DNA from: Alphaproteobacteria bacterium
GTDB taxonomy: Bacteria > Pseudomonadota > Alphaproteobacteria > SP197
Assembly (NCBI GenBank): GCA_965228895.1
Contig: OZ245842.1
Span: forward strand, 192,001-256,000
Reading direction: 5' to 3'
Length of the DNA: 64,000 nt
The notes under the pieces were generated by a model. That model searched no databases, was not told the origin of the DNA, and saw only the letters and a program-made list of their open reading frames with translations. Below are positions 47,386 to 57,310 of this stretch, piece by piece. Both the position numbers and the translations under genes were made by a program. Each line of letters opens with the position of its first letter. Position 1 is the first letter of the stretch.

Positions 47386-48387
47386 TCAGGCGAGCGGCGC
47401 CTTCAGCCGTTCGATCACCCGGTCCACCGTCAGGCCGTCAGCGCGCGCCGCGAAGGTCAGCGCCATGCGGTGACGCAACACCGGTGCCGCCAGCGTCACG
47501 ACATCGTCGACCGATGGCGCGTAACGGCCATCCAGCAATGCGCGGGCACGGGCAGCCAGCATCAGGGCCTGACTGGCACGCGGGCCGGGGCCCCATGAGA
47601 TCATGTCCGTGGTCTCGCTGCCATCGGGCCGGCCGGAGCGCACCAGCGACAGGATCGCCTCGACCACGCTCTCGCCGACCGGGATGCGGCGCACCAGGCG
47701 CTGGGCTTCCTTCAGTTCGGCGCCGCTCATGACCTCGGCGACCGGCGCCTCGTCGCTGCCGGTGGTCACCACCAGCATTTCGCGCTCGGCATCGCGGCCG
47801 GGGTAGTCGACGTCGATTTCCATCAGGAAACGGTCGAGCTGCGCCTCGGGCAAGGGGTAGGTGCCTTCAAGCTCCAACGGATTCTGCGTTGCCAGCACGT
47901 GGAAGGGGTCGGGCAGTTCGTGCCGTGAGCCGGCAACCGATACCGATCCCTCCTGCATGGCCTGCAGAAGCGCCGATTGGGTACGCGGGCTCGCCCGGTT
48001 GATCTCGTCGGCCATCAGAAGCTGACAAAAGACGGGACCGGGAATGAAGCGGAAAGAACGCCGACCGGTGTCGGCTTCTTCCAGCACTTCGGAGCCCAGA
48101 ATGTCGGCCGGCATCAGATCCGGCGTGAACTGAACGCGTTTCTCTTCCAGGCCCATCACCGTGCCGATGGTTTCGACCAGCTTGGTCTTGCCCAGGCCGG
48201 GTACGCCGATCAGAAGCGCGTGGCCGCCGGCCAGAAGTGTGGTCAAGGTCTGTTCGACCACCTCCGACTGACCGAAGATGACATTGCCGATGGCGGTGCG
48301 CGCTTTGGCCAGTTTTTCGCCGATTCGTTCGATATCGGCGGTGAGGTCCTGGGTGTCTTGCAGGTTGCTTTGTGTGGAGTCAGCCAT
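47386..48387 (-). CDS. MoxR family AAA+ ATPase
   Basis: Walker A GVPGLGKT, RVQFTPDLMP.D, DEINRA.PRTQSALLQAMQE, ATQNP.E.EGTYPLPEAQLDRF; ATG 48387. Confidence 0.95.
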   Translation of the reverse strand: MADSTQSNLQDTQDLTADIERIGEKLAKARTAIGNVIFGQSEVVEQTLTTLLAGGHALLIGVPGLGKTKLVETIGTVMGLEEKRVQFTPDLMPADILGSEVLEEADTGRRSFRFIPGPVFCQLLMADEINRASPRTQSALLQAMQEGSVSVAGSRHELPDPFHVLATQNPLELEGTYPLPEAQLDRFLMEIDVDYPGRDAEREMLVVTTGSDEAPVAEVMSGAELKEAQRLVRRIPVGESVVEAILSLVRSGRPDGSETTDMISWGPGPRASQALMLAARARALLDGRYAPSVDDVVTLAAPVLRHRMALTFAARADGLTVDRVIERLKAPLA

Positions 48388-48454
48388 TGATCCTACGTTT
48401 CTGTGTCCCGAACTATATAATTGGCGTCTGCACGACAGGATATCACCCAGACAG

Positions 48455-49021
48455 ATGACGGATACACAACACCGTGAGGCGCAGTCATCGCGCGAGGCTC
48501 CGAATCGCCAGGATGAAGCCCGATTTCGCCAGGTATTCCACGGCGATATCGATATCCGCATCGCGCGCGACGGCACCTGGTATCACGAGGGATCACCGAT
48601 CAACCGCAAGCCGCTGGTCAAGCTTTTCGCCGGCATTCTCACCCGCGACCCGGACGGCGCGTACTATCTGGTGACTCCGGCGGAAAAGAGGCGAATCCGG
48701 GTCGATGACGCGCCGTTTGTCGCGGTGCATGTCGCGGCGACAGGCGAGGGCGCCGCCCAGCAGCTGGTGTTCCGCACTAATGTCGACGACGAGGTGACCG
48801 CCGGCCCCGATCACCCGATCCGCGTGGTGTTTGACGAGGCAACCGCGGAACCCGCACCCTACATCGAAATCAGACCGGGTCTGGAGGCGCTGATTTCACG
48901 CGCCGTCTATTATGAACTCGTCGGCCTGGGCGAGACAGAGCGGCGCGACGGTACTAAAGTCCTCGGCGTTTGGAGTGGTGGCGACTTCTTTACCTTAGGT
49001 GTGCTTGACGATGACGCGTGA
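48455..49021 (+). CDS. DUF1285 domain protein
   Basis: I.RDGTWYHEGSPI.R..LV.LF..IL, LVTPAEK..I.V.DAPF, TNV.D, PY...R.GLEA. Confidence 0.9.
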   Translation: MTDTQHREAQSSREAPNRQDEARFRQVFHGDIDIRIARDGTWYHEGSPINRKPLVKLFAGILTRDPDGAYYLVTPAEKRRIRVDDAPFVAVHVAATGEGAAQQLVFRTNVDDEVTAGPDHPIRVVFDEATAEPAPYIEIRPGLEALISRAVYYELVGLGETERRDGTKVLGVWSGGDFFTLGVLDDDA

Positions 49022-49598
49022 TGCCGTCATCGGCGCGCTGCGCACCGCACCGCAACCCATCCTGGACGTGCCGCCATCGGATTGGGAAACCGAACCGGTC
49101 AGCAAGAAGGCCGCGGTCCTGGTGCCGCTGGTCGACCGCGACGACGGCATGAGCGTGATCTTCGGACAGCGTTCCGAGCGGCTGAACAGTCATGCCGGGC
49201 AAATTAGTTTCCCGGGCGGACGCATCGAAGACGAGGACGCTGATGAAGCCGCTGCTGCCCTGCGCGAGGCAGAAGAAGAAGTCGCGCTGCATCCCGACCA
49301 GGTCGAGATCATCGCCCGGTTGAACACGCACCGTGCGGGTTCCGGCTTTGCCATCGCGCCATTGGTCGGCATCGTGCAACCGCCCGTCGTGCTGAAGCCC
49401 GATGGCATCGAGTTCATCGATGCCTTCGAGGTACCGCTCGACTTTCTGACCGATCCCAAGAACCACCGCCGCGAAAGCATGTTCTGGCGCGGCGCCGACC
49501 GCTGGTACAGCGTCTTCGAATACGAAGACCGCTACATCTGGGGGGCGACAGCGGCCATCCTTGTCAACCTGATTGGCGTTTTGAAAGGTCACCCATGA
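49011..49598 (+). CDS. CoA pyrophosphatase (NudL-type NUDIX)
   Basis: AAVLVPL, R...L..H.GQISFPGG, ALREAEEE, IWGATA. Confidence 0.9.
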   Translation: MTRDAVIGALRTAPQPILDVPPSDWETEPVSKKAAVLVPLVDRDDGMSVIFGQRSERLNSHAGQISFPGGRIEDEDADEAAAALREAEEEVALHPDQVEIIARLNTHRAGSGFAIAPLVGIVQPPVVLKPDGIEFIDAFEVPLDFLTDPKNHRRESMFWRGADRWYSVFEYEDRYIWGATAAILVNLIGVLKGHP

Positions 49599-49873
49599 TC
49601 CGCTTCCTGTTGCCCATCCTGCTGATTGTTGTGCCGCTCGTGAGCTATGCCATCTGGTACAAGATGTCGCGCGAGAACAAGGAACTGCGCGCCAAGGGCC
49701 AGTTGCCGCAGTGGCGCGACGCGCCGTGGACGATGATCGTTATCGGAACCTTGGCGTCGATGGCGGTCGCGATGGCCTTGTTCGCGTTTTTTGACGGCGC
49801 CGATCCGACCGGCGTCTATACGCCGCCATCCTATGTCGACGGTGAGATTCAACCGAGTCAGGTCGGCGAGTGA
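49595..49873 (+). CDS. small membrane protein (DUF6111-like)
   Basis: two TM helices, C-terminal Y.P..Y.DG.I.P. Confidence 0.7.
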   Translation: MIRFLLPILLIVVPLVSYAIWYKMSRENKELRAKGQLPQWRDAPWTMIVIGTLASMAVAMALFAFFDGADPTGVYTPPSYVDGEIQPSQVGE

Positions 49874-51084
49874 TGGAGCCGGTCGGGCGCATCACGTTAG
49901 CGCCGGAAATGACGTCGTCGGCCGCCAAGGCGGTGATCGCGGCGCTGACCGCCGGTGGCAGCGAGGTGCGCTTCGTCGGCGGCTGCGTGCGCGACTGCCT
50001 GCTCGGTCGGCCGATCAGCGATATGGATATCGCGACGCCCGATCCGCCTGAGACTGTCATGGCCCTGCTTGAGACGGCCAAGTTGAAGGCGGTGCCGACC
50101 GGCCTTAAGCACGGCACGGTCACGGCGGTTGCCAAAGGCCAGCCGTTCGAGGTGACGACGTTGCGCGAAGACGTCGAAACCGACGGGCGTCATGCGGAGG
50201 TCGCCTTCACCGACAACTGGCTGGCCGATGCGTCGCGCCGCGACTTTACCTTCAACGCCATGAGCGCCCGGCCCGACGGCACCTTGTTCGACGCCTTCGG
50301 CGGCCGCGAGGATCTCGGCGCCGGCCATGTGCGGTTTGTCGGCGAAGCAGCCGAACGGATTGCCGAAGACTACCTGCGCGTCCTCCGATTTTTCCGGTTT
50401 CTCGCCCATTTCGGCGAGGCGATCCCCGACCCGGTTGCCATGGCGGCTTGTGCGGCAGCGCGCAACGAACTGCCACGTTTGTCGGCCGAGCGGGTGCGGA
50501 CCGAACTGCTCAAACTTTTGGCGGCCGCCAACCCGGTGCCCGCGCTCACCGCCATGCGCGAGACCGGCGTGCTCGCGGTGGTGCTGCCCGAGGCCGGCCC
50601 GTTTGCCCGGCTGCTCGCGCTCACCGGCATCGACGACCGCGACCCCGTGCGCCGTCTGGCTTCCCTGATTGAGCGGGATGGTGGCGGTGTCGCGGATCGT
50701 TTGCGGATGTCGAACGTGGAGAAGGCGCGGCTTGCCGCCCTGGTACCGCCGACGGCCTCGCTTGACGCAGCGATGGATGAGAAGGCGCAGCGTCAGGTGC
50801 TCTACGATGTCGGCGCCGATCTCTTTCGCGACCTCGTCCTGCTCGCCTGGGCTGGTGATGGTGAACGCCACGCCGATGCCTGGCGCGCCATGCTGGAGAC
50901 GGCGAACCGCTGGGACGATCCCAAGCTGCCGATCCGTGGCCAGGACGTGGTCGAGCTCGGTGTGCCCAAGGGGCCGGAGGTCGGTCGCGTGGTCGACGCG
51001 GTCGAGGCCTGGTGGCGCGCGGAAGACTTTAAGCCGGACCGCGACGCCTGCCTCGCCAAAGCCAAGCAATCGCTGTCATCCTGA
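49873..51084 (+). CDS. cca: CCA tRNA nucleotidyltransferase (class II)
   Basis: VGGCVRD, DMDIAT, EVTTLR.D, RRDFTFNA, EDYLR.LRFFRF, SAERV..E. Confidence 0.92.
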   Translation: MEPVGRITLAPEMTSSAAKAVIAALTAGGSEVRFVGGCVRDCLLGRPISDMDIATPDPPETVMALLETAKLKAVPTGLKHGTVTAVAKGQPFEVTTLREDVETDGRHAEVAFTDNWLADASRRDFTFNAMSARPDGTLFDAFGGREDLGAGHVRFVGEAAERIAEDYLRVLRFFRFLAHFGEAIPDPVAMAACAAARNELPRLSAERVRTELLKLLAAANPVPALTAMRETGVLAVVLPEAGPFARLLALTGIDDRDPVRRLASLIERDGGGVADRLRMSNVEKARLAALVPPTASLDAAMDEKAQRQVLYDVGADLFRDLVLLAWAGDGERHADAWRAMLETANRWDDPKLPIRGQDVVELGVPKGPEVGRVVDAVEAWWRAEDFKPDRDACLAKAKQSLSS

Positions 51085-51144
51085 CTTGATGCCGATGCCC
51101 GCCGGATGATAGGGCGGCGCCACCAAACCAACGGGCGGGCAACC

Positions 51145-51618
51145 ATGCAAATTGAAGTTCGCGAGGATGATTTGAGCGGCGCGGCAATCCGGGACCTTTT
51201 GAGCACCCATCTCGACCACGCATCGCAACAGGCGCCGCCCGAGAGCACCCACGCGCTTGACCTGGACTCGCTTCGCGAGCCCGGCGTCACGTTCTGGACC
51301 GCGTGGCATAACGGCGATCTCTTAGGTTGTGGCGCGCTTAAGAAGCTCGACGCGACCCATGGCGAGATCAAATCCATGCACACGGCCGAGGCCTTTCGCG
51401 GCCGCGGTATCGCCGCCCACCTGGTGGAGCATATCCTGGTGATCGCGCGCGAACGCGGCTACCGACGGCTTAGCCTGGAGACCGGCTCCATGGCGGGCTA
51501 TCAGGCAGCGCGGACGCTCTATGGCCGTTTCGGCTTCGTCGAATGTCCGCCCTTCGCCGGCTATCGCCACGACCCCAACAGTGTCTTCATGACACGTGAT
51601 CTGAGCGAACGCGGCTGA
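51145..51618 (+). CDS. GNAT acetyltransferase (YedL-like)
   Basis: PPES.HALD, GEIKSMHT...RGRG, LSLETG, LY..FGF..C.PF. Confidence 0.9.
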   Translation: MQIEVREDDLSGAAIRDLLSTHLDHASQQAPPESTHALDLDSLREPGVTFWTAWHNGDLLGCGALKKLDATHGEIKSMHTAEAFRGRGIAAHLVEHILVIARERGYRRLSLETGSMAGYQAARTLYGRFGFVECPPFAGYRHDPNSVFMTRDLSERG

Positions 51619-51630
51619 GCGCCAAAGCGC

Positions 51631-52053
51631 TCAAGCAGCGCCGAAGTCGGGTTCTTTTTCCCAGCTCGGCAGGTCGGGGTCGATGTGGTGCCAGGGCTGG
51701 GCGGAGGACGTCCAGATGTTGCCCTGGGACTTGAACCCGCTGGGATCGTCCAGCGTGCCGATCTTGATCGAACGGAACTGCGGGTGCGTGCTGTTGTGGG
51801 CGAAGAGATGCACGCCGCAATCGGGGCAAAAGTGCCGGGTGACGTCTGCGCCGCTGTCGCCCTTGATGACGAACTGACGGGTCTCGCCTTTGGTTACGGT
51901 CAAGGCTTCGGCCAGATAGCCGGCGCCGACCGCTTCGGTACCGCCGGCGACATACTGGCAATCGCGGCAGAAACAGGCGCCGGACATCAGCGGTTCGCCT
52001 TCGACCTTGTACCTGACCGCGCCGCACAGGCAGCCGCCCTCTTGAACCGTCAT
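51631..52053 (-). CDS. GFA/CENP-V family Zn protein (4)
   Basis: GGCLCG, CFCRDCQ, FCPDCG, GTLDDP. Confidence 0.92.
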   Translation of the reverse strand: MTVQEGGCLCGAVRYKVEGEPLMSGACFCRDCQYVAGGTEAVGAGYLAEALTVTKGETRQFVIKGDSGADVTRHFCPDCGVHLFAHNSTHPQFRSIKIGTLDDPSGFKSQGNIWTSSAQPWHHIDPDLPSWEKEPDFGAA

Positions 52054-52132
52054 GGCACACCTCCGTGCTGGATGTTTCGCCGTCTATGTTGTGGATGCGA
52101 TGGCAGTCGGCAATGGTCGAGATTGTGACGAT

Positions 52133-52987
52133 TCAATCCTGGTTCGCCTTGCCCTCGACCTCCAGGCGCATCCAGATCTCCTCGACCCAATCCTTGATGA
52201 CAAGCGCTTCGGCCCAGCGGTCCGAGAGTTCCCAGCCGTCCTTGTCCGTCATCGCATAGGGCGGCGGTCCGAGTTCGACCAGGAAGTTCAAGGTGGCGTC
52301 GGCGGGTTCGCGAAAGCGCCACTTGCGCAGGCCGTCTTCCCACCACTGGCGGAACTTTCCGACCCAGCCCTGCTGTTGGGGAAAATCGAGCTGGACTTGC
52401 ACCTGTTCGCGGCTGGCGACGCGGCCCTGGAACGCCACGCTGCGGTCCAGGATCTGCTGGATCCAGTTCTCGTCGCGGGTCGGGATCGGCCAGGTGAACT
52501 CGCGCCCGACGACAAAGTGGGAGAGGTCGGCGCAAAGCCGCATTTGGGGCACCGCCGCCATAAGCTGCAGCGTATAGAGCATGTCGGTGGTGATGCAGTC
52601 GCGGTGGGTCTCGATGGTGATCGGCATGCCCGATGCCTCGCCCATCTCCAGCCAGCGTTTGATGATGTCGGCGCCTTCTGCGACGGTCATCGGGTAGAGC
52701 TGGCCGATGATGTTCAGATGCCGCGCGCCGAGTTCCAGCGCCATGTCGATATCGGATTGCAGGCCCTCGACCGACTTGGGGAAGGCGCAGCAGGTGCAGG
52801 CGAGCCCAGCTTGATCCAGCAGTTTTTTGGCCGGGCGCGATATCTCCGGCACGAAGCTATAGAGATCCATGCCGGCATAACCGGACTCTGCGATCATCTC
52901 GACCTGTTCTTCCAAGGACCATTCGTCACCGTCAGGCCGGCGCCGCTCCATCGCCCAGACGGACTGGAAGACCTCTAGCTTTTGCAT
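52133..52987 (-). CDS. sugar phosphate isomerase/epimerase (AP-endonuclease-2 TIM barrel)
   Basis: IETHR, ADLSH, GRV, ELGPPPYA. Confidence 0.85.
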   Translation of the reverse strand: MQKLEVFQSVWAMERRRPDGDEWSLEEQVEMIAESGYAGMDLYSFVPEISRPAKKLLDQAGLACTCCAFPKSVEGLQSDIDMALELGARHLNIIGQLYPMTVAEGADIIKRWLEMGEASGMPITIETHRDCITTDMLYTLQLMAAVPQMRLCADLSHFVVGREFTWPIPTRDENWIQQILDRSVAFQGRVASREQVQVQLDFPQQQGWVGKFRQWWEDGLRKWRFREPADATLNFLVELGPPPYAMTDKDGWELSDRWAEALVIKDWVEEIWMRLEVEGKANQD

Positions 52988-53012
52988 GGTGATAAACTCC
53001 GTTGTCCCATGT

Positions 53013-53876
53013 TCACGGCCAGGTCGCGACCGGCGGCAGCGACATCAGTACGGCTTCGGGATTGCCGCCCGTCATCAGACCGAAGCGGGTGCCGCGGTCA
53101 TAGACCAGGTTGAACTCGGCATAGCGCCCGCGATAGGCCAGTTGGTGTTCCCGCTGAGCGTCGCTCCACGGTTCGTCCCTATGCCGCGCGACCAGGTCGG
53201 GATAGATCCGCAGAAATGTCTCGCCGACGTCTTGCGTGAAGGCAAAGGCATCGTCGTCGGCGTTAATGTAGTCATAGAAAATGCCGCCGACGCCGCGCGC
53301 GGTGTCGCGGTGTTTGATGAAGAAGTAGTCGTCGGCCCATTCCTTGAACTTCTGATGGTCGGCGCAGTCATGGCGGCCGCACGCTGCTTCGAGCGCGGCG
53401 TGAAAGTCGGCGGTGTCGCGGTCATCGGGCAAGGGTGGGTTCAGATCAGCCCCGCCGCCGTACCACGCCTTGCCGGATGTCGCGATGTGGCGCGTGTTCA
53501 TGTGGATGGCGGGTACCAGGGGTGACTGCATATGGGCAACCAGCGAAATGCCGGCGGCCCAGAACCGGCTGTCGTCGCCGGCGCCGGGAATCTCGCCGCG
53601 GAACTTCTCGTCGAACTCGCCCCACACTTCCGAGACGTTGACACCGACCTTTTCGAACACCCGGCCTTTCATGACCGCCATGGTGCCGCCGCCACCGCCG
53701 GGGCGATCCCATGACTTTTTTTCGAAGCGGCCTGCCGGGCAATCCGCATAGGTGCCGGTGAGTTCGTCTTCCAGAGTTTCGAATGCGTCGCATATGCGAT
53801 TGCGCAGATCTTCGAACCACGTGACGGCGCGTTGTTTGGTGTGGCTGTCGCCGGGTCCCCGTTTGGATTGGCTCAT
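53013..53876 (-). CDS. hemF: oxygen-dependent coproporphyrinogen III oxidase
   Basis: FEK.GVN.S, HMNTR, GGGADL.P, RG.GGIFYD, RGRYAEFNLVYDRGT.FGL, SLPP. Confidence 0.97.
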   Translation of the reverse strand: MSQSKRGPGDSHTKQRAVTWFEDLRNRICDAFETLEDELTGTYADCPAGRFEKKSWDRPGGGGGTMAVMKGRVFEKVGVNVSEVWGEFDEKFRGEIPGAGDDSRFWAAGISLVAHMQSPLVPAIHMNTRHIATSGKAWYGGGADLNPPLPDDRDTADFHAALEAACGRHDCADHQKFKEWADDYFFIKHRDTARGVGGIFYDYINADDDAFAFTQDVGETFLRIYPDLVARHRDEPWSDAQREHQLAYRGRYAEFNLVYDRGTRFGLMTGGNPEAVLMSLPPVATWP

Positions 53877-54355
53877 GAATGTCCCTGGGCTTGTTCGCTG
53901 CCAGACATGGCGGGAAAGCCGGTCTGGCGCAAGGCTTCGCCCAGGGCGATGGCGCCGGCGACGGCAACATTGAGGGATCGCGCGCTGTCAGCCATGGGGA
54001 TCCGGGTCCGGATGTCTGCGGTTTCCTGGACGAAATCGGGCACGCCCGCCGACTCCCGGCCCAACAGCAGAATGTCGTTCCGCCTAAAGTCGATCTGCCA
54101 GAGCGGCTGACTGGCTTTGGTCGTCAACAGCACCAGGCGCCCCGGCCCGCGGTCCCGCTGGAACGCGTCCCATGAGGTATGGCGCGTCAGGTCGAGCCGA
54201 TCGCCGTAGTCCATGAGGGCGCGTCGAAACCGGGCGTCGCCAAGCTGGAAACCGGCCGGTTCGATCAGATCGACGGGTACGGCGAAGCAGGCCGCCATGC
54301 GCAAAAGCGTGCCTGTATTCTGGGGAATATCCGGTTCATAGAGGGCAAGGCGCAT
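53873..54355 (-). CDS. trmL: tRNA (cytidine/uridine34-2'-O)-methyltransferase
   Basis: PDIPQNTG, LIEP.GF, RA.MDY, GRES.G.P, IPM....RSLN. Confidence 0.93.
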   Translation of the reverse strand: MRLALYEPDIPQNTGTLLRMAACFAVPVDLIEPAGFQLGDARFRRALMDYGDRLDLTRHTSWDAFQRDRGPGRLVLLTTKASQPLWQIDFRRNDILLLGRESAGVPDFVQETADIRTRIPMADSARSLNVAVAGAIALGEALRQTGFPAMSGSEQAQGHS

Positions 54356-54383
54356 AGCGTTGAGAATCCTTGGTTTGCGCCCC

Positions 54384-54410
54384 TTGCTTATCCGGTTTTG
54401 ACAGTATAAT
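54384..54410 (+). promoter_or_regulatory. candidate sigma70 promoter for petABC
   Basis: TTGCTT...TATAAT in the divergent spacer; spacing is 15 nt, shorter than canonical. Confidence 0.3.
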
Positions 54411-54523
54411 CATGGCCCGCCTCACGGAAAGGTGTGGCACCGCAGGCGCGGGAGATCGGGTGTCGCGGCCGGGATGCTGGCGCGGATCGATCATTGGGTT
54501 GGATAACTGTGTAGGGGCCACGC

Positions 54524-55048
54524 ATGGTGGATCAGACAGCAGGCGCGCAAGGCGAGACCCGGCGCGATTTCCTCTATGTGGCGACCGGCGCCGTGGCCGG
54601 CGTCGGTGCGCTGGCTACGCTCTGGCCACTGATCGATCAGATGAACCCGGCGGAAGACGTGCTCGCCTTAAGCTCGACCGAGGTCGATTTGTCGCAAGTT
54701 CCCGTCGGTCAGCAGATCGTCGTGAGCTGGCGCAGCAAACCAGTTTTCATCCGCCATCGTACAGAAGAAGACATTGCCGAAGCCGAAGCGGTTCCGTTGG
54801 AGGAGCTGAAAGACCCACAGACTGACGACGACCGCGTGCTCAAGCCCGAATGGCTGATCATGGTGGGCATCTGCACCCATCTTGGCTGCATTCCCTTGGC
54901 CGACCAGGGTGAATATGACGGCTGGTTTTGCCCTTGCCACGGTTCGCACTACGACACGTCCGGGCGGATCCGCAAAGGACCGGCGCCGTTGAACCTGACG
55001 GTTCCAACTTATGAGTTTCTCGACGATACCACCGTGCGTATCGGGTAA
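54524..55048 (+). CDS. petA: cytochrome bc1 Rieske Fe-S subunit
   Basis: Tat motif RRDFL, CTHLGC, CPCHGS. Confidence 0.97.
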   Translation: MVDQTAGAQGETRRDFLYVATGAVAGVGALATLWPLIDQMNPAEDVLALSSTEVDLSQVPVGQQIVVSWRSKPVFIRHRTEEDIAEAEAVPLEELKDPQTDDDRVLKPEWLIMVGICTHLGCIPLADQGEYDGWFCPCHGSHYDTSGRIRKGPAPLNLTVPTYEFLDDTTVRIG

Positions 55049-55060
55049 GCGGGGCGCGAG

Positions 55061-56326
55061 ATGAACGGATTGATGAATATTGCCTTCGTGCGCTGGTTCG
55101 ACAGCCGGCTACCGATCTTCTCTTACGTCAACGAGCATCTGGTCGAGTACCCGGCGCCGCGCAACCTGAACTATGCGTGGAGCTTCGGATCGCTGGCCGG
55201 CATCGCGCTGGTCATTCAGATCATCACGGGCATCGTGCTCGCCATGCATTACATCCCGAACACCGAGATGGCGTTTGACAGCGTCGAGCGCATCATGCGC
55301 GACGTGAACTATGGCTGGCTGCTGCGCTACGTTCATGCCAACGGCGCGTCGCTGTTCTTCGTTGTCGTCTATATCCACATCTTCCGCGGTCTCTATTACG
55401 GCTCCTATAAGGCGCCACGCGAGGTGCTGTGGTGGTTGGGCATCATCATTCTGCTCTTGATGATGGCAACCGCGTTCATGGGTTATGTGCTGCCGTGGGG
55501 CCAGATGAGCTTCTGGGGCGCGACCGTGATCACCAACCTGTTCTCGGCCATCCCCTGGATCGGACCAGGCATCGTCGAATGGCTGTGGGGCGGTTTCGCG
55601 GTCGGCAACCCGACGCTGACCCGCTTCTACAGTCTCCACTATCTCCTGCCGTTCGTGATCGTCGGTGTGGTGTTCCTGCATCTGTGGGCCCTGCACCACA
55701 AGAAGTCGAACAATCCGCTGGGAATCGACTACAAGGGCCCGCAGGACTTCATCCCGTTCCACCCGTACTACACGATCAAGGACGCTGTGGGCTTGGGCGT
55801 CTTCCTGATCGTCTTCGCGGCCTTCGTTTTCTATGCGCCGAACTACATGGGCCATCCGGATAACTACATCCCGGCCGATCCGCTGGTGACGCCCGCCCAT
55901 ATCGTGCCGGAGTGGTACTTCCTGCCGTTCTACGCGATCCTGCGCGCGGTGCCGGATATCTGGTTCATCGACGCCAAGCTTGGCGGTGTCATCGCCATGT
56001 TCGCGTCGATCCTGATCCTGCTCATAATCCCCTGGCTCGATACATCGCGGGTGCGCTCGTCGACGTTCCGGCCGGTCTACAAGTGGTTCTTCCTGTTGCT
56101 GCTGATCGATGTGCTGGTGCTGGGCTATGTCGGCGCCAAACCGGCGGAAGGTTGGTGGCTGGTAGCGGGTCGTATCGCGACCACCTACTACTTCCTGCAC
56201 TTCATCATTGTGATGCCGCTGATCGGTTGGTTCGAACGGCCCAGGCAGATGCCCGACAGCATCGCCACGCCGGTGCTGGGTGGCGGTGCGCCGCTCGCGG
56301 CGGCCGCGCCGCGTGACAAGGCTTGA
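55061..56326 (+). CDS. petB: cytochrome b
   Basis: heme His motifs, [15 protein letters not shown]. Confidence 0.98.
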   Translation: MNGLMNIAFVRWFDSRLPIFSYVNEHLVEYPAPRNLNYAWSFGSLAGIALVIQIITGIVLAMHYIPNTEMAFDSVERIMRDVNYGWLLRYVHANGASLFFVVVYIHIFRGLYYGSYKAPREVLWWLGIIILLLMMATAFMGYVLPWGQMSFWGATVITNLFSAIPWIGPGIVEWLWGGFAVGNPTLTRFYSLHYLLPFVIVGVVFLHLWALHHKKSNNPLGIDYKGPQDFIPFHPYYTIKDAVGLGVFLIVFAAFVFYAPNYMGHPDNYIPADPLVTPAHIVPEWYFLPFYAILRAVPDIWFIDAKLGGVIAMFASILILLIIPWLDTSRVRSSTFRPVYKWFFLLLLIDVLVLGYVGAKPAEGWWLVAGRIATTYYFLHFIIVMPLIGWFERPRQMPDSIATPVLGGGAPLAAAAPRDKA

Positions 56327-56337
56327 GGGAGGCGACC

Positions 56338-57090
56338 ATGAAAAAGCTACTCGTCACGGCCGCGCTCTCTTTCGCCCTTGTCACATCATCGGCTGCCATG
56401 GCGGCCGAGCTGGTTTCCCCGCCTGAACGCACGTGGTCGTTCCAGGGTATCTTCGGAACCTATGACAAGAGCGAGCTGCAGCGCGGCATGCAGATCTATC
56501 TGGAGGTCTGCTCAAGCTGCCACGGGCTAAAGTACGTCCGTTTCCGCAATTTGGAGGCGCTTGGCTTCAACGAAGATCAGGTCAAGGCGATCGCGTCCGG
56601 CTTCGAGGTCGAGGACGGACCGAACGTCGACGGCGACATGTTCTTCCGTCCGGCGCTGCCCAGCGATGCGTTCCCGTCGCCGTTCCCGAACGCGGAGGCC
56701 GCACGCGCTGCCAATGGCGGGGCCTTGCCGCCCGACCTGTCGCTGCAAGCCAAGCGCAATAAGTACGGCGCCGATTACATCGCGGCGCTGCTGAGCGGGT
56801 ATGACGGCAGTGATCCGACCGATGACGGTCTTTATCACAACGAATATTTTGCTGGTGGTCTAATCGCCATGGCGCCGCCGCTGGGCGACGATTACGTCAC
56901 CTATGCCGACGGCACCGAGGCAACGCTGGAACAGCAATCACAGGACGTCGCGGCGTTCCTGATGTGGGCGGCTGAGCCCAAGCTTGAGGATCGCAAGTCC
57001 ATGGGTATCAAGGTCCTGTTGTTCCTGCTGATCCTGACCGGCTTGTTCTACGTCTCGAAGCGCAAGATCTGGGCAAAGCTCCATCACTGA
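56338..57090 (+). CDS. petC: cytochrome c1
   Basis: signal peptide, CSSCH, PPDLS, IAMAPP, C-terminal TM; ATG 56338 after GGAGG. Confidence 0.97.
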   Translation: MKKLLVTAALSFALVTSSAAMAAELVSPPERTWSFQGIFGTYDKSELQRGMQIYLEVCSSCHGLKYVRFRNLEALGFNEDQVKAIASGFEVEDGPNVDGDMFFRPALPSDAFPSPFPNAEAARAANGGALPPDLSLQAKRNKYGADYIAALLSGYDGSDPTDDGLYHNEYFAGGLIAMAPPLGDDYVTYADGTEATLEQQSQDVAAFLMWAAEPKLEDRKSMGIKVLLFLLILTGLFYVSKRKIWAKLHH

Positions 57091-57132
57091 GTTGACCGCG
57101 CGTCCGGTTGATCCGACCGGGTCATGCTCTAG
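57088..57132 (-). repeat. short hairpin element sharing its CTAG with copy 3
   Basis: minus strand CTAGAGCATGACCCGGTCGGATCAACCGG...GGTCAACTCA; GAGC-type terminus and an imperfect stem. Confidence 0.45.
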
Positions 57133-57268
57133 AGCAGATCCTGTTTTGGTGGAATCACTTTGCGATTCCGTCAATGCAGGTGAATCTGCTCTACTCAAAA
57201 ATGGAGAGCGGATTCACATGGTTAGGTGGAACCGTCAAACGGTTCCACCTAACCATGATCCGCTCTAG
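57129..57268 (+). repeat. 140-bp palindromic dispersed element, copy 3
   Basis: CTAGAGCAGATC...GATCCGCTCTAG; perfect 19-bp stem CATGGTTAGGTGGAACCGT/ACGGTTCCACCTAACCATG. Confidence 0.93.
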
Positions 57269-57310
57269 AGTGTGCCGGTCGGTGAGGGGTCGGCAGTCTG
57301 CGGGGGCGTG

